From Rhynchobatus australiae (lineage: Eukaryota): DNA of 64,000 bases. The DNA lies in assembly GCA_034780895.1 (NCBI GenBank), contig JAUZTB010000062.1, forward strand, positions 9,920,045 through 9,984,044. Reading direction: 5' to 3'. Positions 35,185 through 47,849 of the stretch are shown one piece after another; position 1 is the first letter of the stretch, and the number at the start of each line of letters is the position of its first letter. The position numbers and the translations under genes were made by a program. Under the pieces are notes generated by a model. The model did not search any database. It saw nothing but the letters and a program-made list of their open reading frames with translations, and was not told the DNA's origin.

Positions 35185-35780
35185 ATGGAGACAGAAGAGA
35201 CTGCAGATGCTGGAATATGGAGCAAAACAAACTGCTGGAGGGACTGTGGAGAGAAATGCACAGTCAACATTTTGCATCGAGACCCTTTAACTGGACTGAA
35301 GGAGGGGAGATAGCCAGTACAAAGAAGTGAGGGGAAAGGGTACGGCAAGAGCTGGCAGACAATTGGTGGAAGCAGGTGAGGAGAGGTTGATTGGCAGATG
35401 GAATCATGTAAGGGAGGGAGGGACGGAAATAGCAACAGAGGCTGGGAGGTGATAGATGGAGGAAACAAAGGGCTGCAGATGCTGGAATCTGATATGAGAG
35501 GAAGATGGAGCATAGAACCAAATAAGACAGGTAGTCCATTTTCCTCCACAGACACTGCCTGACCTGCTGAATTCCTCCAGCAGCTTTTTTCTTTTTGCGT
35601 TAAATATTTCTGTGTGTTTACTGGATGGTCCATTAAATCAAATTAAAAATCATAGAATTGCAGATGCTAGAGATCTGAAATAAAAACAAATGCTGGAAAA
35701 AGTCAGCAGGTCAGGCAGGATCTATGGGAAGAATAAAAGACTTTATGTTTTAGGGCAAAGACCCTTGGTCAGACCCTTCA
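35185..35780. mobile_element. Penelope-derived repeat cluster with inverted arms
   Basis: gagactgcagatgctggaat...ctgctggagg start, purine-rich body, inverted end cctccacagacactgcctgacctgctgaattcctccagcag, then a further copy at 35655-35780. Confidence 0.7.
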
Positions 35781-36889
35781 TAAAGACAATCTGATACTCT
35801 CCACTTCAATTCTTACTTTACTGTTCTTTTGCATTCTTTGTGTTTCTAAGCATTCTCTATTTTTAGTCATTCATAAGACTCGGATGTCACGGGGACCGTT
35901 AGCATTTACTGTGCATCCCTAATTTCTCTTGAAATGAGTGGTAATCAAGAGCAAGCACATTTCTGTGGTCTGGAGTCACATATAGATTACAATGACCAAG
36001 CATGATGGATTTCCTTTTCCAAAGGCCATAACTCAACCAGATGGATTTATACCTTAATCCAGCAATCGGATCATCACCATTCCTAACACTACTGTTTTCT
36101 TCACTGCCGTATTGGGATTTGAGTGCCAGTCTCCAGAACAGTCCAGGCCTTAGATTACAATAGTCTTACAATATAATAATTGCAAATCATTAGAATTCCA
36201 CAAGTGTACAACTGGGTTCCATTCCTAGCTTCCCAATGATGCCCACCCTGATAGTTTCACCTCTTTACAGAGATATGCAGGAGAAGGCTACTATTGGTAA
36301 CCAAATACAAACTTTGTAGACCATCCACAATTCAGATCCTCTCCCTGGTGCCTGCCTGAGGTGAAACCCAATTACATGCAACCTTAATGATATCAAGATG
36401 AGCTTCCAACCACATAGCGTAACGTCAAGGGGACTGCCTCTTTGCACAATGGTGGCATTACTTGATCCCATCCAGCTGCTGATATTGTTTTTGGTGGTTG
36501 AGGTTTTGGGATGAGCAGTGACATAGGAGTAGTCTGGGCAAGTAGCTACAATGCAGTTTGTATATGGTACACACTATAATGGTCTGATTGGCACTCACCA
36601 CTGCAAAAGCTTTTGAACAGCTTTATTTTAAAGTCTCTATGTTGAGAGACTTTTCAAACCTATTCTAATAGATTTAAAAGAATAAAAATTGAAAATGTTA
36701 AATTAATTAGAAATATATTAAAACACCTGACAGGCATATCACCCTATAAAAAGCAGTTTATTATTGTTAGTGTTTTATGGTGTAATTTTGCCCAGTTACA
36801 ATGCAATCTTAAATAAATTTTAAATTTTTTGTCAGTTAATGCTTTATTTTGACTCAAGAAGAGCTTTGAGATCTTTCATTTCACAAAAA

Positions 36890-37715
36890 GAAGCATTTTG
36901 ATTTATATCACACCATCTAAGTAGTAAACCATCCACAAGCACTTCACAGGAACGTTAGGAAATAAAATTAATCATTGGATTAAGGAAATATTAGGGCATG
37001 TGACCAATCAACTCGATCAAAGAGGCAGGCTTAGTGAGAGATTGGAGTTGGAGAGAGGGAACCCTAGAGCTTAAGACCTTGGCAGGTGAAGGATCAATAC
37101 AGGAATGATGAAAATCAGTGATGGGCAGAATCGGAAGAGATCGTAGGATTCCAGAGTCAGACATGGTCAAATAGAGTGGAATAAATAATGGAGTGATTTT
37201 TTAAAAACAGATGAGAATTTTAGAACTACTACTGGAGAGTGAGCTAGCCAGCACCTGAACGATCATAAAACTTGGTGCAATTAGGATAATTCAGGGCCGC
37301 ACTGCGGTGAAGTTAGTAGAGCTGCTGCCTCACAGCACTAGTAACCCAGGTTCAATTCCGAACTCTGGTGTTGTCTGTGTAGAGTTTTCACTTTCTTATC
37401 TGACCGCATGGCTTTCTCTGACTGCTCTGAATTCCTCCCATGTCCCAAAGATATGGAGGTTGGTAGTTCAGCTGGCCACTATAAATTGCCCCAACTGCAA
37501 AAGTAAGTGGTGGAATCCGAAGAGGGATTATAGGAATGTGGGAAGGTAGGTGACAGGGAAAATTACTGGGAGAATAAAATTACTCTATGAGCTGTTATCG
37601 ACTTGATGGGCTGAAATGGCCTCCTTCTATGTCGTAAGGAATAAGGAAATACAGACTTATGAAGTTTTGGATAAACTCAAGTTCAGAGAGGCTACAATGT
37701 GGTATGCTAACCAGG
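36890..37715 (-). mobile_element. Old L2-type LINE 3' fragment interrupted by a V-SINE
   Basis: ggaaatattagggcatgtgacc...gagggaaccctagagcttaagacc...gtgaagg, resuming after 37650 with gttttggataaactcaagtt. Confidence 0.5.
37295..37640 (+). mobile_element. Full-length V-SINE (HE1-like) with CR1-type tail
   Basis: tRNA head (ggtgaagttagtagagctgctgcctcacagc...GGTTCAATTCC), V-domain ttcctcccatgtcccaaaga, tail gacttgatgggctgaaatggcctccttct. Confidence 0.85.
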
Positions 37716-40199
37716 TTCACACACAACAGCTCCACATAAACACTTGTTGAATCCCGCTCAAAGACCGTCTCTGTTCTAATGGGTGAGGAGTGAAAATATT
37801 AATCTGTTTCAGTTACGAGAAGTAAAAATTCTATTTCAAACTACATTTTAAAATTTAGAATATTCAATATTTGAAGATGCACTGATCTAACTCATGATTG
37901 CCAACATTTTCCACGTCACTACATTACTCAAATGGTGAAACTTATGCTTGGACAGCAAGATGTTCCTGGTAACAATGGCCTAAATCGTACCACCCAGACT
38001 CTTCCCCCAGTAGCCTCCCTACATTAACTGGTGCAGACTCGTAGATCCAGCTGTCCTTCCGCTCCCAGAGTCAGGAAGTGAGGGTAACAAGACCTCACTG
38101 GCAAGAAGACTTTAGCTGGTGTTTCTCTGCAGCCCCACACCTCAGAACACCAAGTGGCCTTGCACAGCTTGCTGCTATCAAAGGCTATTAATTTTCATTT
38201 TAAAAAATGTTATAATGCTTCATTACTAATCACCTTTAGAACATGTAACGGTAAGAGAAGGGCATAGATTCACAATATCAAAACTAGCACCTAATATTCA
38301 GAAATGGCTTAAGGCTTGGGAACTAAGAATTCATAGAAGTCACACAAGAATGGGTACATAAAATTTTCTACATCATTCCTTTATGACTGAGAAAATCATC
38401 TTAACAACAATGTTCACCATGNNNNNNNNNNNNNNNNNNNNNNNNNNNNNNNNNNNNNNNNNNNNNNNNNNNNNNNNNNNNNNNNNNNNNNNNNNNNNNN
38501 NNNNNNNNNNNNNNNNNNNNNNNNNNNNNNNNNNTTCTGTCACTGTTCAAACAAAGAATTTTCTTGCATCAGCACTGACCTTGTGCCCAATGCATAAGCC
38601 ATTACAGGAAGCCAGGCAAACAGAAGTAAACAAGATGCACTGTGCTGTTGTTAATTAAAATGTAATTAACCATTGGATCATAGTATGATTGTGATATGTT
38701 ACAACAGTGACAGAAAATTTAAATACAAACCTAACCAAATCTCTCTTGCTAGAGAAAAACAACCTATCAGCTGCATTTGCTGGGTGCATTTTGTTATACA
38801 GTGGGGTAACAATGCCACTTCTGGTGCTATGTGGAGATGGTGATAGGGGAGTGAGATGGATCTCACTAATTTTGGGAATTAGGATGTGGCACTGGGAACG
38901 TGCCTGGTTGTGTGGGGCACAAAGGGATCATTAGTGGAGGCTTCTGGGATAGATATGAATGGGGACAATTAAGAAGAATTCTGCCTTAGTTTTTTTTAAA
39001 TGAATGCAGCTATGGAATCTTTTCATGTTGACTCACATCAGGGAAAAATTGTTCTCAGTTTTAGCAAAGCTGTAAATACATCTTAGCCTTCAGCCTTTCC
39101 AAAGGCTGTTTAGAACAAATAATAGACAGGGAACACCTTGTCACAGGACCAATAATGCAGAGGCAGAAGGAACAGCACAACTTGATGAGTGGGAGCCATT
39201 GCAGAGTGACAATTGCCTTGTTTGGCACAACATGGGATCTTTTACTAGAGGGCAGCAGCAGCTTTACTGGCAGGAGGCAACAGTCAGACTGAACACAGTG
39301 TGCAAGAGTCTGGAGCAGAGCAGGAGGAAGGTGTCACACCTTAAAGAAGGGTTGCTATGGTAAGCCGATTCAATATTAACACATACCAGCAACATTGCAT
39401 TGCCAGGCAATTATCCAATGCAAAGCCTTCACACAACCTCACCTCTGATGAGAAACATGCCTATGTGGTTCAAAGTGGATTAGTGACTCACAACAGAGAG
39501 CCTTGGTACAGCTTTAAAAAGCTTCACACAGGAAAAGTTTGGTAGGAGTCCCAAAATATCTCTGAACTTATCCCATGGTTCCTTATTTTCAGATCTTATC
39601 ATAAAAAACTATATAGACCAAATGATTTTCAATGTTACTCCTTCAAATCAATTTTCAAAATTATTATTTGGGGTTCATTGTCCATAGAAGAAATCACATT
39701 GCCAAAAATAGCACTACACTATTAAATCTTTTATATCATTCAACAGCTTCATCACATAAAAATCTGTCACAGATTTTGTAATGTTCTGTAAAGATTTAGA
39801 TTATTAATTTGCTGCAGTGCATTATTGCTTCTGTACATTATATTTTTAAAACAATCTATTACATTTGAGCACATACATAATAATCTGATGATGTGGTGTT
39901 CACCACATTATGGAATAATGAGGAACACGGTGGCTGTATTCTCTGCTCTTCAGAATGGTCGATCATAGTTTGGGGAAACTACTATTCAAATTACTGCACG
40001 CATAAATGTCGGGGTTGATTTAAATGAAACAAAACCTGGCTTTGAGAATTGGTGCTTTTCTTACAAACACAAATTAAAATTCTTGAGGCATGACCATTTA
40101 GCCCAGTTTCTTCTCCAGACACAACTGTATGTAATCAGCCACTACTGTGAACTTTGGGCAGTTATTCAGATTTCTTTCAGATGTTTCTATCACACACGA

Positions 40200-41110
40200 C
40201 TGTGGAACGTAAAACAGCTCAACACAGGAACAGGTCCTTCGGTCCACAATATATGTGCCAACCATGATGCCAAATTAAACTAATCCCATCTCCCTGCACA
40301 GGATCCACACCCCTTCATTCCCTGTATATTCATGTGTCTAAATACCTCAAGCATCACTACCGTATCTGCTTCCTCCACCAGCCCTGACAGCACATTCCAG
40401 GAACTCTGTGTCAAAAACTTGCCCCTCACATCTTCTTTAAACTTTCCCCCTCTCATTTAAAGCCATGCCCTCTACTATTTCACATTTCTACCCTGGGACA
40501 TCTACCCTATCTATGCCACTCATGATTTTATAAAATTCTGTCAGGTCTCTCCTCAGCCTCCAACACTCCAGAGAAAACAATCCAAGTCTCCTTTGTCTCT
40601 AATCCAGGCAACATCCTGGCAAACCTCTTCTGCACTCTCTCCAAAGCCTCCACATCTTGCCTGTAATGCAGCAACCAGAACTGCACACAATAGCCCAAAT
40701 GAGGCCTAACCAAAATTTTATACTGCTTCAACATGATATATCATTTTATACTCAATGCTCCAACCAATGAAGGCAAGCATGCCATATGCCTTCTTTCCCT
40801 TCTATCTACTTATGCTGCCACTTACAGTGAGCTATGGATTTGCACCCCAAGATCCCTCTGTAAATCAATGCTTCCATGGGTCCTTACATTTGACCTCCCA
40901 AAGTGCAACATCTCACACTTGTCCAGATTAAACTCCGTGCCATTTCTCCACCCAGATTTCCAACTGATTTATATCCTGCTGTATCCTTTGACAAACTTCT
41001 TCACCATCCACAACTCCACCAATTTTTGCATCATCTGCAAACCTACTAATCAGCCCATCGACAGACAACAGACATCCTAGCACTGATCCCTGCAGAACAC
41101 CAATGAACCA
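40200..41110 (-). mobile_element. CR1-type LINE, 5'-truncated
   Basis: ORF 40528..40734 YKILVRPHLGYCVQFWLLHYRQDVEALERVQKRFARMLPGLE; reverse of VGLQMMQK (KFADD region) and GSVLG near 41080. Confidence 0.9.
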
Positions 41111-41841
41111 GTAGCGATCATGTGCAATTTTAAATACTGAAATTTAACAAAAGATAGCACATTGTCACCATATTGTTATGATTGAAAGAATAAATTTAAC
41201 TCATTTGAAGTCTAATGAACTCTCTTGGAAACCAAGGTAAATATTTATGAACATGTGATTATGCAACCTCTTAATAACTTGTTGGTTCATCTGCTCTTAT
41301 TCTCTCCAGCTTCCTGGATATTTAAAAGGTCAAACAGTTACAGGAACTTTACATCTCATGGAATTGGAATGCAACAGAAGCTGCAATATAATAACCCCCA
41401 GGGACTTCCTCCGACCTGCTGCCACTTTGCTGCAGTAACTACCATAGAAGTATGAAGATATAAAATTAATGGGCAGAAAGAGATAAACTGGTCCAACAAG
41501 TGTGCCTCATACAATGACGTTAGAGCTTCATGACTAAAACACTTCCTCTAATGCATTACCATGAGTAAATGGTATTACTGCAACATTTCCAGTAAAGTTA
41601 CTGCACTGTAGTAACAGCAGTTTTAAGGTAAGTGCTGGCCAGTCACACAGGGTTCTTACATATTAAATAATCAATGTGATTACTATACGAGGTGTTGTGA
41701 ATTATACCATTGTTCAGGATATCATGCAGAACTATGCATAATTGTTCTGCAATAACAGAAGATTCCTGTAGGTACTATTTTGACAACATATAGCGCAAGT
41801 AATATGCACAGAACAAAGAGAAAATAGAATTGAATCCTTAC

Positions 41842-41906
41842 CTTTCTTCTGTTGAACCTAGGTTTTCAATCTCATTCGTAACCTCTGCTATCTCATCCTT
41901 CAATCG
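41842..41906 (-). CDS. CYTH1: CYTH1 exon 3 (65 nt): RLKDEIAEVTNEIENLGSTEE(R)
   Basis: Acceptor ttttacAG, donor GTAAGG; in frame with exon 2. Confidence 0.96.
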
Positions 41907-42229
41907 CTGTAAAAGAATTAGATCGAATGTGTAACACCGCCAAACATACAAAATGCAATTGCTCTTAAATAAGTCATTTATTAACAAAACATGAAAACTG
42001 AACAATCAGCAGGCAATATTCCCTAAAGTCATTGTCTGTAAGTGTACTTGCAATAAATGTACTTTCAATTTCATTACAAAGGCCAAACAGAGAAATTTTC
42101 CCTTAGATGTGTGGGCTGGCATATCATCACTGTAGAAAGAAACTGCAATGACAGCTAAACTATAATCTTAATAGAGAACCCAATATGACTTAAAATCTAA
42201 TAATAACCCACTGACTCCCCATTATAAAT

Positions 42230-42315
42230 TAGAAAATTCTATAAACACTCAGCAGGTCAGGCAGCATCTATGGAAGGAGAAACAGAGTCAACTCTTTGGG
42301 TTGAAGACCCTTTGT
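42230..42315. mobile_element. Penelope-derived repeat fragment
   Basis: actcagcaggtcaggcagcatctatggaaggagaaacagagtcaac...gaagaccc. Confidence 0.65.
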
Positions 42316-43899
42316 GTCCTGCTGATAAGTTCAATCCTCACCTAGATGAGAAATTTTATATTCGTATGGTTACTCAGAACCAGGTACTCTGATCATCAGG
42401 ATAGCAGTACTATCACCATGATCAATCAGACTGTCTCCCGAAGAAAGCTTAACATAGGAAACCATTACTTTATAGAGCAAGAATTTCTTGACACAAATTT
42501 TAGATTTCACCACAGTGAAACTTGGTACCAGCCAGGGAAAAATACACCCTGTATATGAAAATCTGCTGAGAGAAGAAGCTGAAATAAAAAAATATATGAT
42601 GTAAATCCAAAATCATGATATGTTCTTAGAATGTCCTAAAACACTGAAAATAGAAATCATTTTCAACTTCTGCAAGGTTGGAGGTGCTCACAGATCAGAC
42701 ACCAGTGAGACAACTTGTCCAATTTTCCTATAAACTGGTTCAACAGAAAGGAAAATCAGAACAGCTGTATCCAATATCCCTCATTTTGTAAAGCCCACAT
42801 TTAATTTGAGTCATCATATAGTTAGCTCCTCCACCATTCACCCATCCAGGGCACTGATTAATGGTGTAGATAAATTAATCTGTCATTTTTGTAGAATTTG
42901 CCATGGTTCGTGCCTTCCTCATTCAAACACATGATCTTCTGTAATCCTCACAATCGATTCCCTTCATGACCTTCAATCACAACCGGACAAATAACATTTA
43001 CTAATGTTCTCTGGAGAATCCTTCTTACAATCAGCACACAGATTATCCTATGAAATTGCACTGGGAAGTATGGATATTGGTTGCCTTTGATGAGCATGAA
43101 GTATTAAAAATGCAATAAAAATATTGTATTTATCACTCTAAATATTTTAAGCAACCATAATTTGTTCATGATATTTTGGCATATATTTATTACTGTCTTT
43201 TGTAGTCTCAAAAAATTGTCAACTTGGGACTTCATGAACACCACAGAAATCAAAAGCTTCATATGTCTCTGTACTACCCAACATTGATAACCCACACACA
43301 TTATTCTGGAAGGGACAAATTTATACATTCATTGATAAAGTGCAACATTGTTATTTGAAATATTAATCCTTGATATTTTAATTCATTGTGATATTCTTAA
43401 CTGGGAAAAAAAGGAAAGAAATGCAAGTCACAATGTTACAAGATCAATCAAGAAAGACTGATCACCCAATTTGCATAAATAGATTAAGGAATGAGATATA
43501 CAGAGGCATTAGCTTTCTGTACTCATGAAGAAATGTTGTTTTTGAAAGAATATGGTCACAATAAAGTTTAAGGGAAAAAAATGAAATTACAGGTACCTTC
43601 TGTTGAAGTTGCATGATAAAATTGTCGTTAACCCCACTTTTATACCCTAATGTTAATTAGTGTTTTAATATTTTTTATGTTAAATAAATATATTTGGAAT
43701 TGTTAGTCTGAATTATTGGTTTTTATATTTTATATAACACTTTTTTGAGAAGAAACCTCATTATATAGCCCCTGCTTACATCTCAGAAATATTTCAAAGG
43801 CTCCGCATTTAGCATCCTACTTTGAAGTGCAACGACTGTTTAGTAATTACATTAGCACTGCATTATGGATTATACATTCTTCTCCTTGCTAAGGGAAGA

Positions 43900-44300
43900 A
43901 TGAACTTGCCTTTATAACTACTTTTCAAGATCTTCGAATATCTTGAAAGGTANNNNNNNNNNCACTTGTGGGCTGTCCCCCAGAATGCTCCATGCAATAG
44001 ATGCATTTCACTATGTGGTTCGATGTACATATGAGTAATAAAGATCTTATCTTATTTCACAGCCACTTTTAAAACATTCTAATGCAAAGGATCACAGCAG
44101 CCAATTTGGAATGAGATAATGACCAGGTAATTTGTTTGAGTGATGTTAATTGAGAGATAAATGCCACACACTGGCAAAGCTCCTCTGTTCCTCTTCAAAC
44201 AATGGCATGGGATCATTCAGGTCTCTTCTGAGATAATACACAGAGTTTCAGTTTAACAGCTAATTTGAAAGTGGACAGCACAGACATTGCAGCACTTCTC
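43900..44300 (-). mobile_element. DeuSINE (SacSINE1-like) with a short inserted tail fragment at about 43963-44055
   Basis: aatgagataatgaccagg...ctcctctgttcctcttcaaacaatggcatgggatc; the inserted piece ends gatgtacatatgagtaataaagatcttatctta. Confidence 0.6.
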
Positions 44301-45469
44301 GCTGTAAGTACCTGCTAAGAAACCAACCATATGGGAACAACAGAAATACAAATCATACTGCTCCTTTCAATAGTATAGTCCTACGTCAACATGTTGCATC
44401 ATTAGGGTCTTATCATTACTCCAGAGAGAAACCATTGCTCCATTCCACCTTTCTAATTCTATTTTCTTTACTCATTTGGAAACTGCAAGTGCTGTTTCAG
44501 GCTTCTGCACGACAAACCTTCTTGACCTAATTCTGTGTCAGCTTCAATTTTCTGCCCTAAAAACTACCAACAGTGAGATCTCAGCAGATTGGGTTGACAT
44601 ACCCCTCAGGCTCTCAAACCTCGTTGAAAAGAAGCTGCTGCAAAATCAGCTAAAGGCAAAGAAAGACCAAAGTCAATCTGATTGCCCTAATTGCCCCGAT
44701 CATTGGTTTTAAAAAAGATTGAACTGTATCTAATTGTCACACTTTGCACAGCAATCTTGTATGCAGATCTTACAATCCTATAAAAATGTTAAGTTGCAGA
44801 CTATTGCACTGATGTTTTGCCTTTTTGCTCCTTGTGTGCTGTAGACCTACACCTCACTTAATTTAAATCTAGTTTTAGATAGTTTTCAGTTTGATTTTAT
44901 AAATTAGCTTCTCTGGTTTGCAGGATGCAATGGGGTCTCGAGGTTACAAATTATTCATTTTGGTGTTTTATTGATCAGTATTGATAGAAAATAACGTGGC
45001 TCAATATGCATTGGAATATGACAAAAGGCAGACTAGTAAAGGAAGCATTCATAAGAATACAATTTGAGTTGAACAGATCATGTCGATATTACAGATGTTT
45101 AACAGATGTCATATGCTGTGCATTTTTATATAACCACTGCATACCAGGAGACTTGCAATCTCCATATAACTTGTAATGGCCATGGATTGCTTTCACTGTA
45201 ATATTTGCATTTTTTTTTACAATAATGGAACAAAGCTATCATTTCCTATAATCTCACTGCACTCAGTATCTGCCAAATTGGCAACTTGAACCCAATAATG
45301 AGCAATATTAAATCAAGAACTCTAAACTTATTAGAAATTTATACTTTAAATGTTAGAGCACACAGTTTGATGAAGTAGGACAGAAATATCAACTGGCAGG
45401 ACTTCAATGTAGAATTAATGTTGAATCTAATCGAGCTTCATCTTCCCACTTAAGTCATAACATTACTCT

Positions 45470-45754
45470 GTCTTTACCTCTCGTTGTCTTGGTGTAGCAG
45501 CCAGCATAATCAAAGATCCCACCCACTCAGGACATTCTCTCTTCTCTCCTCTTCCATCGGATAGAAGATACAGGAGCCTGAGGGCACGTACCACCAGACT
45601 AAAGGAGAGCTTCTATCCCACTGTGATAAGACTAATTGAATGGTTCCCCTATTCAATGAGATGGACTATGACCTCACGATCTATCTTGTTGTGACCTTGC
45701 ACCTTATTGCACTGCACTTTCTCTGTAGCTGTGACACTTTACTCTGTACTGTTA
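45470..45754 (+). mobile_element. Rex1/Babar-type LINE 3' fragment (ends at gap)
   Basis: gcagccagcataatcaaagatcccacc...tgacctcacgatctatcttgttgtgaccttgcacc aligns with 7325-7590 and 61930-62180. Confidence 0.9.
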
Positions 45755-47849
45755 NNNNNNNNNNNNNNNNNNNNNNNNNNNNNNNNNNNNNNNNNNNNNN
45801 NNNNNNNNNNNNNNNNNNNNNNNNNNNNNNNNNNNNNNNNNNNNNNNNNNNNNNNNNNNNNNNNNNNNNNNNNNNNNNNNNNNNNNNNNNNNNNNNNNNN
45901 NNNNNNNNNNNNNNNNNNNNNNNNNNNNNNNNNNNNNNNNNNNNNNNNNNNNNNNNNNNNNNNNNNNNNNNNNNNNNNNNNNNNNNNNNNNNNNNNNNNN
46001 NNNNNNNNNNNNNNNNNNNNNNNNNNNNNNNNNNNNNNNNNNNNNNNNNNNNNNNNNNNNNNNNNNNNNNNNNNNNNNNNNNNNNNNNNNNNNNNNNNNN
46101 NNNNNNNNNNNNNNNNNNNNNNNNNNNNNNNNNNNNNNNNNNNNNNNNNNNNNNNNNNNNNNNNNNNNNNNNNNNNNNNNNNNNNNNNNNNNNNNNNNNN
46201 NNNNNNNNNNNNNNNNNNNNNNNNNNNNNNNNNNNNNNNNNNNNNNNNNNNNNNNNNNNNNNNNNNNNNNNNNNNNNNNNNNNNNNNNNNNNNNNNNNNN
46301 NNNNNNNNNNNNNNNNNNNNNNNNNNNNNNNNNNNNNNNNNNNNNNNNNNNNNNNNNNNNNNNNNNNNNNNNNNNNNNNNNNNNNNNNNNNNNNNNNNNN
46401 NNNNNNNNNNNNNNNNNNNNNNNNNNNNNNNNNNNNNNNNNNNNNNNNNNNNNNNNNNNNNNNNNNNNNNNNNNNNNNNNNNNNNNNNNNNNNNNNNNNN
46501 NNNNNNNNNNNNNNNNNNNNNNNNNNNNNNNNNNNNNNNNNNNNNNNNNNNNNNNNNNNNNNNNNNNNNNNNNNNNNNNNNNNNNNNNNNNNNNNNNNNN
46601 NNNNNNNNNNNNNNNNNNNNNNNNNNNNNNNNNNNNNNNNNNNNNNNNNNNNNNNNNNNNNNNNNNNNNNNNGGACCATGAAAGACAATCTTTCATTGGA
46701 TTAGAAGATGTTACTTTCATTGACTAGAATTTATCCTGTGTCTGCCATTTACAGTACTATGCACCTGAATACCGGCTTTTATGACATGAACCTGATCTCA
46801 TCATCTCAAACTTATCCAGCTCTTTCAATGTGTGAACTTGTTTTGTTATTTTACGCTCACTGACTCCTAATTACAAAGAGCAGTAGCAAAGAAAGTCTGG
46901 GCTGCAGGGGGAGAACTCTTGCAGTGGCTAATTAGTTGTGAGCCACAGTGGTTGGAAGCCCTAAACTGTTATTTAGATGACAAGATTCATATGGATTCAA
47001 TTTAATGACCAAAACTCCAACGAAAACAATACATATGAATGTGCATCCCTTGCCTATTCCAATAAACAATAAGGGCAAATGTTTTTTTTTATATATAAAG
47101 AGGCAACTAACTGTTGAATTGCTTCATATAATTCACAAAGGGAAGCAGCTCGATCATGTTCCAGGCAACTCAGGTTGTTTCATGCAAAAACACAACACTT
47201 TATACAGGCCAGTCCCAGGTGAAGAACACCTAACCTATGGACACCCGTACGTATGACAAACTCCCATAATATTGTGTGCATGCATTCGTCCCTACGAACG
47301 TTGGATCTAGTTTCCTCTTTCTCTCCATTCGTAGTAATTACTCTCAATCGGTCTTATGTGCTTTTGATGCCATTCGTTACAATACGGTAGAGGTATGGTT
47401 ACCATATCAAGTGATTTTTGTGTATTTTCCAACTTATGGACAAAAGCAACTTATGGGCATATGTAAAAATGGAGCCTGGGGACAACCTGTAATTTACTTC
47501 TGGGATTATGTTTGCAGAAAGCAAACACGTTCACACCCCCAGTGGCAAATGTTTGAGCAACTGAGCCTTAACTGCTCTTAATACAGAAGCAATTTCAGCA
47601 GAAGAGACTGGTTATTGATTTAGAAATCATTCTTAATATCTTTCAGCTTTAAAGAATATGGATTTTTATTGCAATTTTGAAATCTGCATTTGACATGAAA
47701 CTTGGGATAAAAGGGAGAGGAGGAGGGCAATAAACACCAACAGGTTGGTGGGTACAAATGAAATTCAATGCAAAATGTGTGTGGTGATTTATTGTGATTG
47801 GGAAGAAAAGGAAACAATGGAAGCTAATAGTAGAAATTTAATTTGGATG

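Noticed and set aside
35028-35633. 201-aa Pro/Ser/Leu-rich ORF
   Set aside because: It is the pyrimidine-rich strand of a Penelope-derived repeat, with no protein motif.
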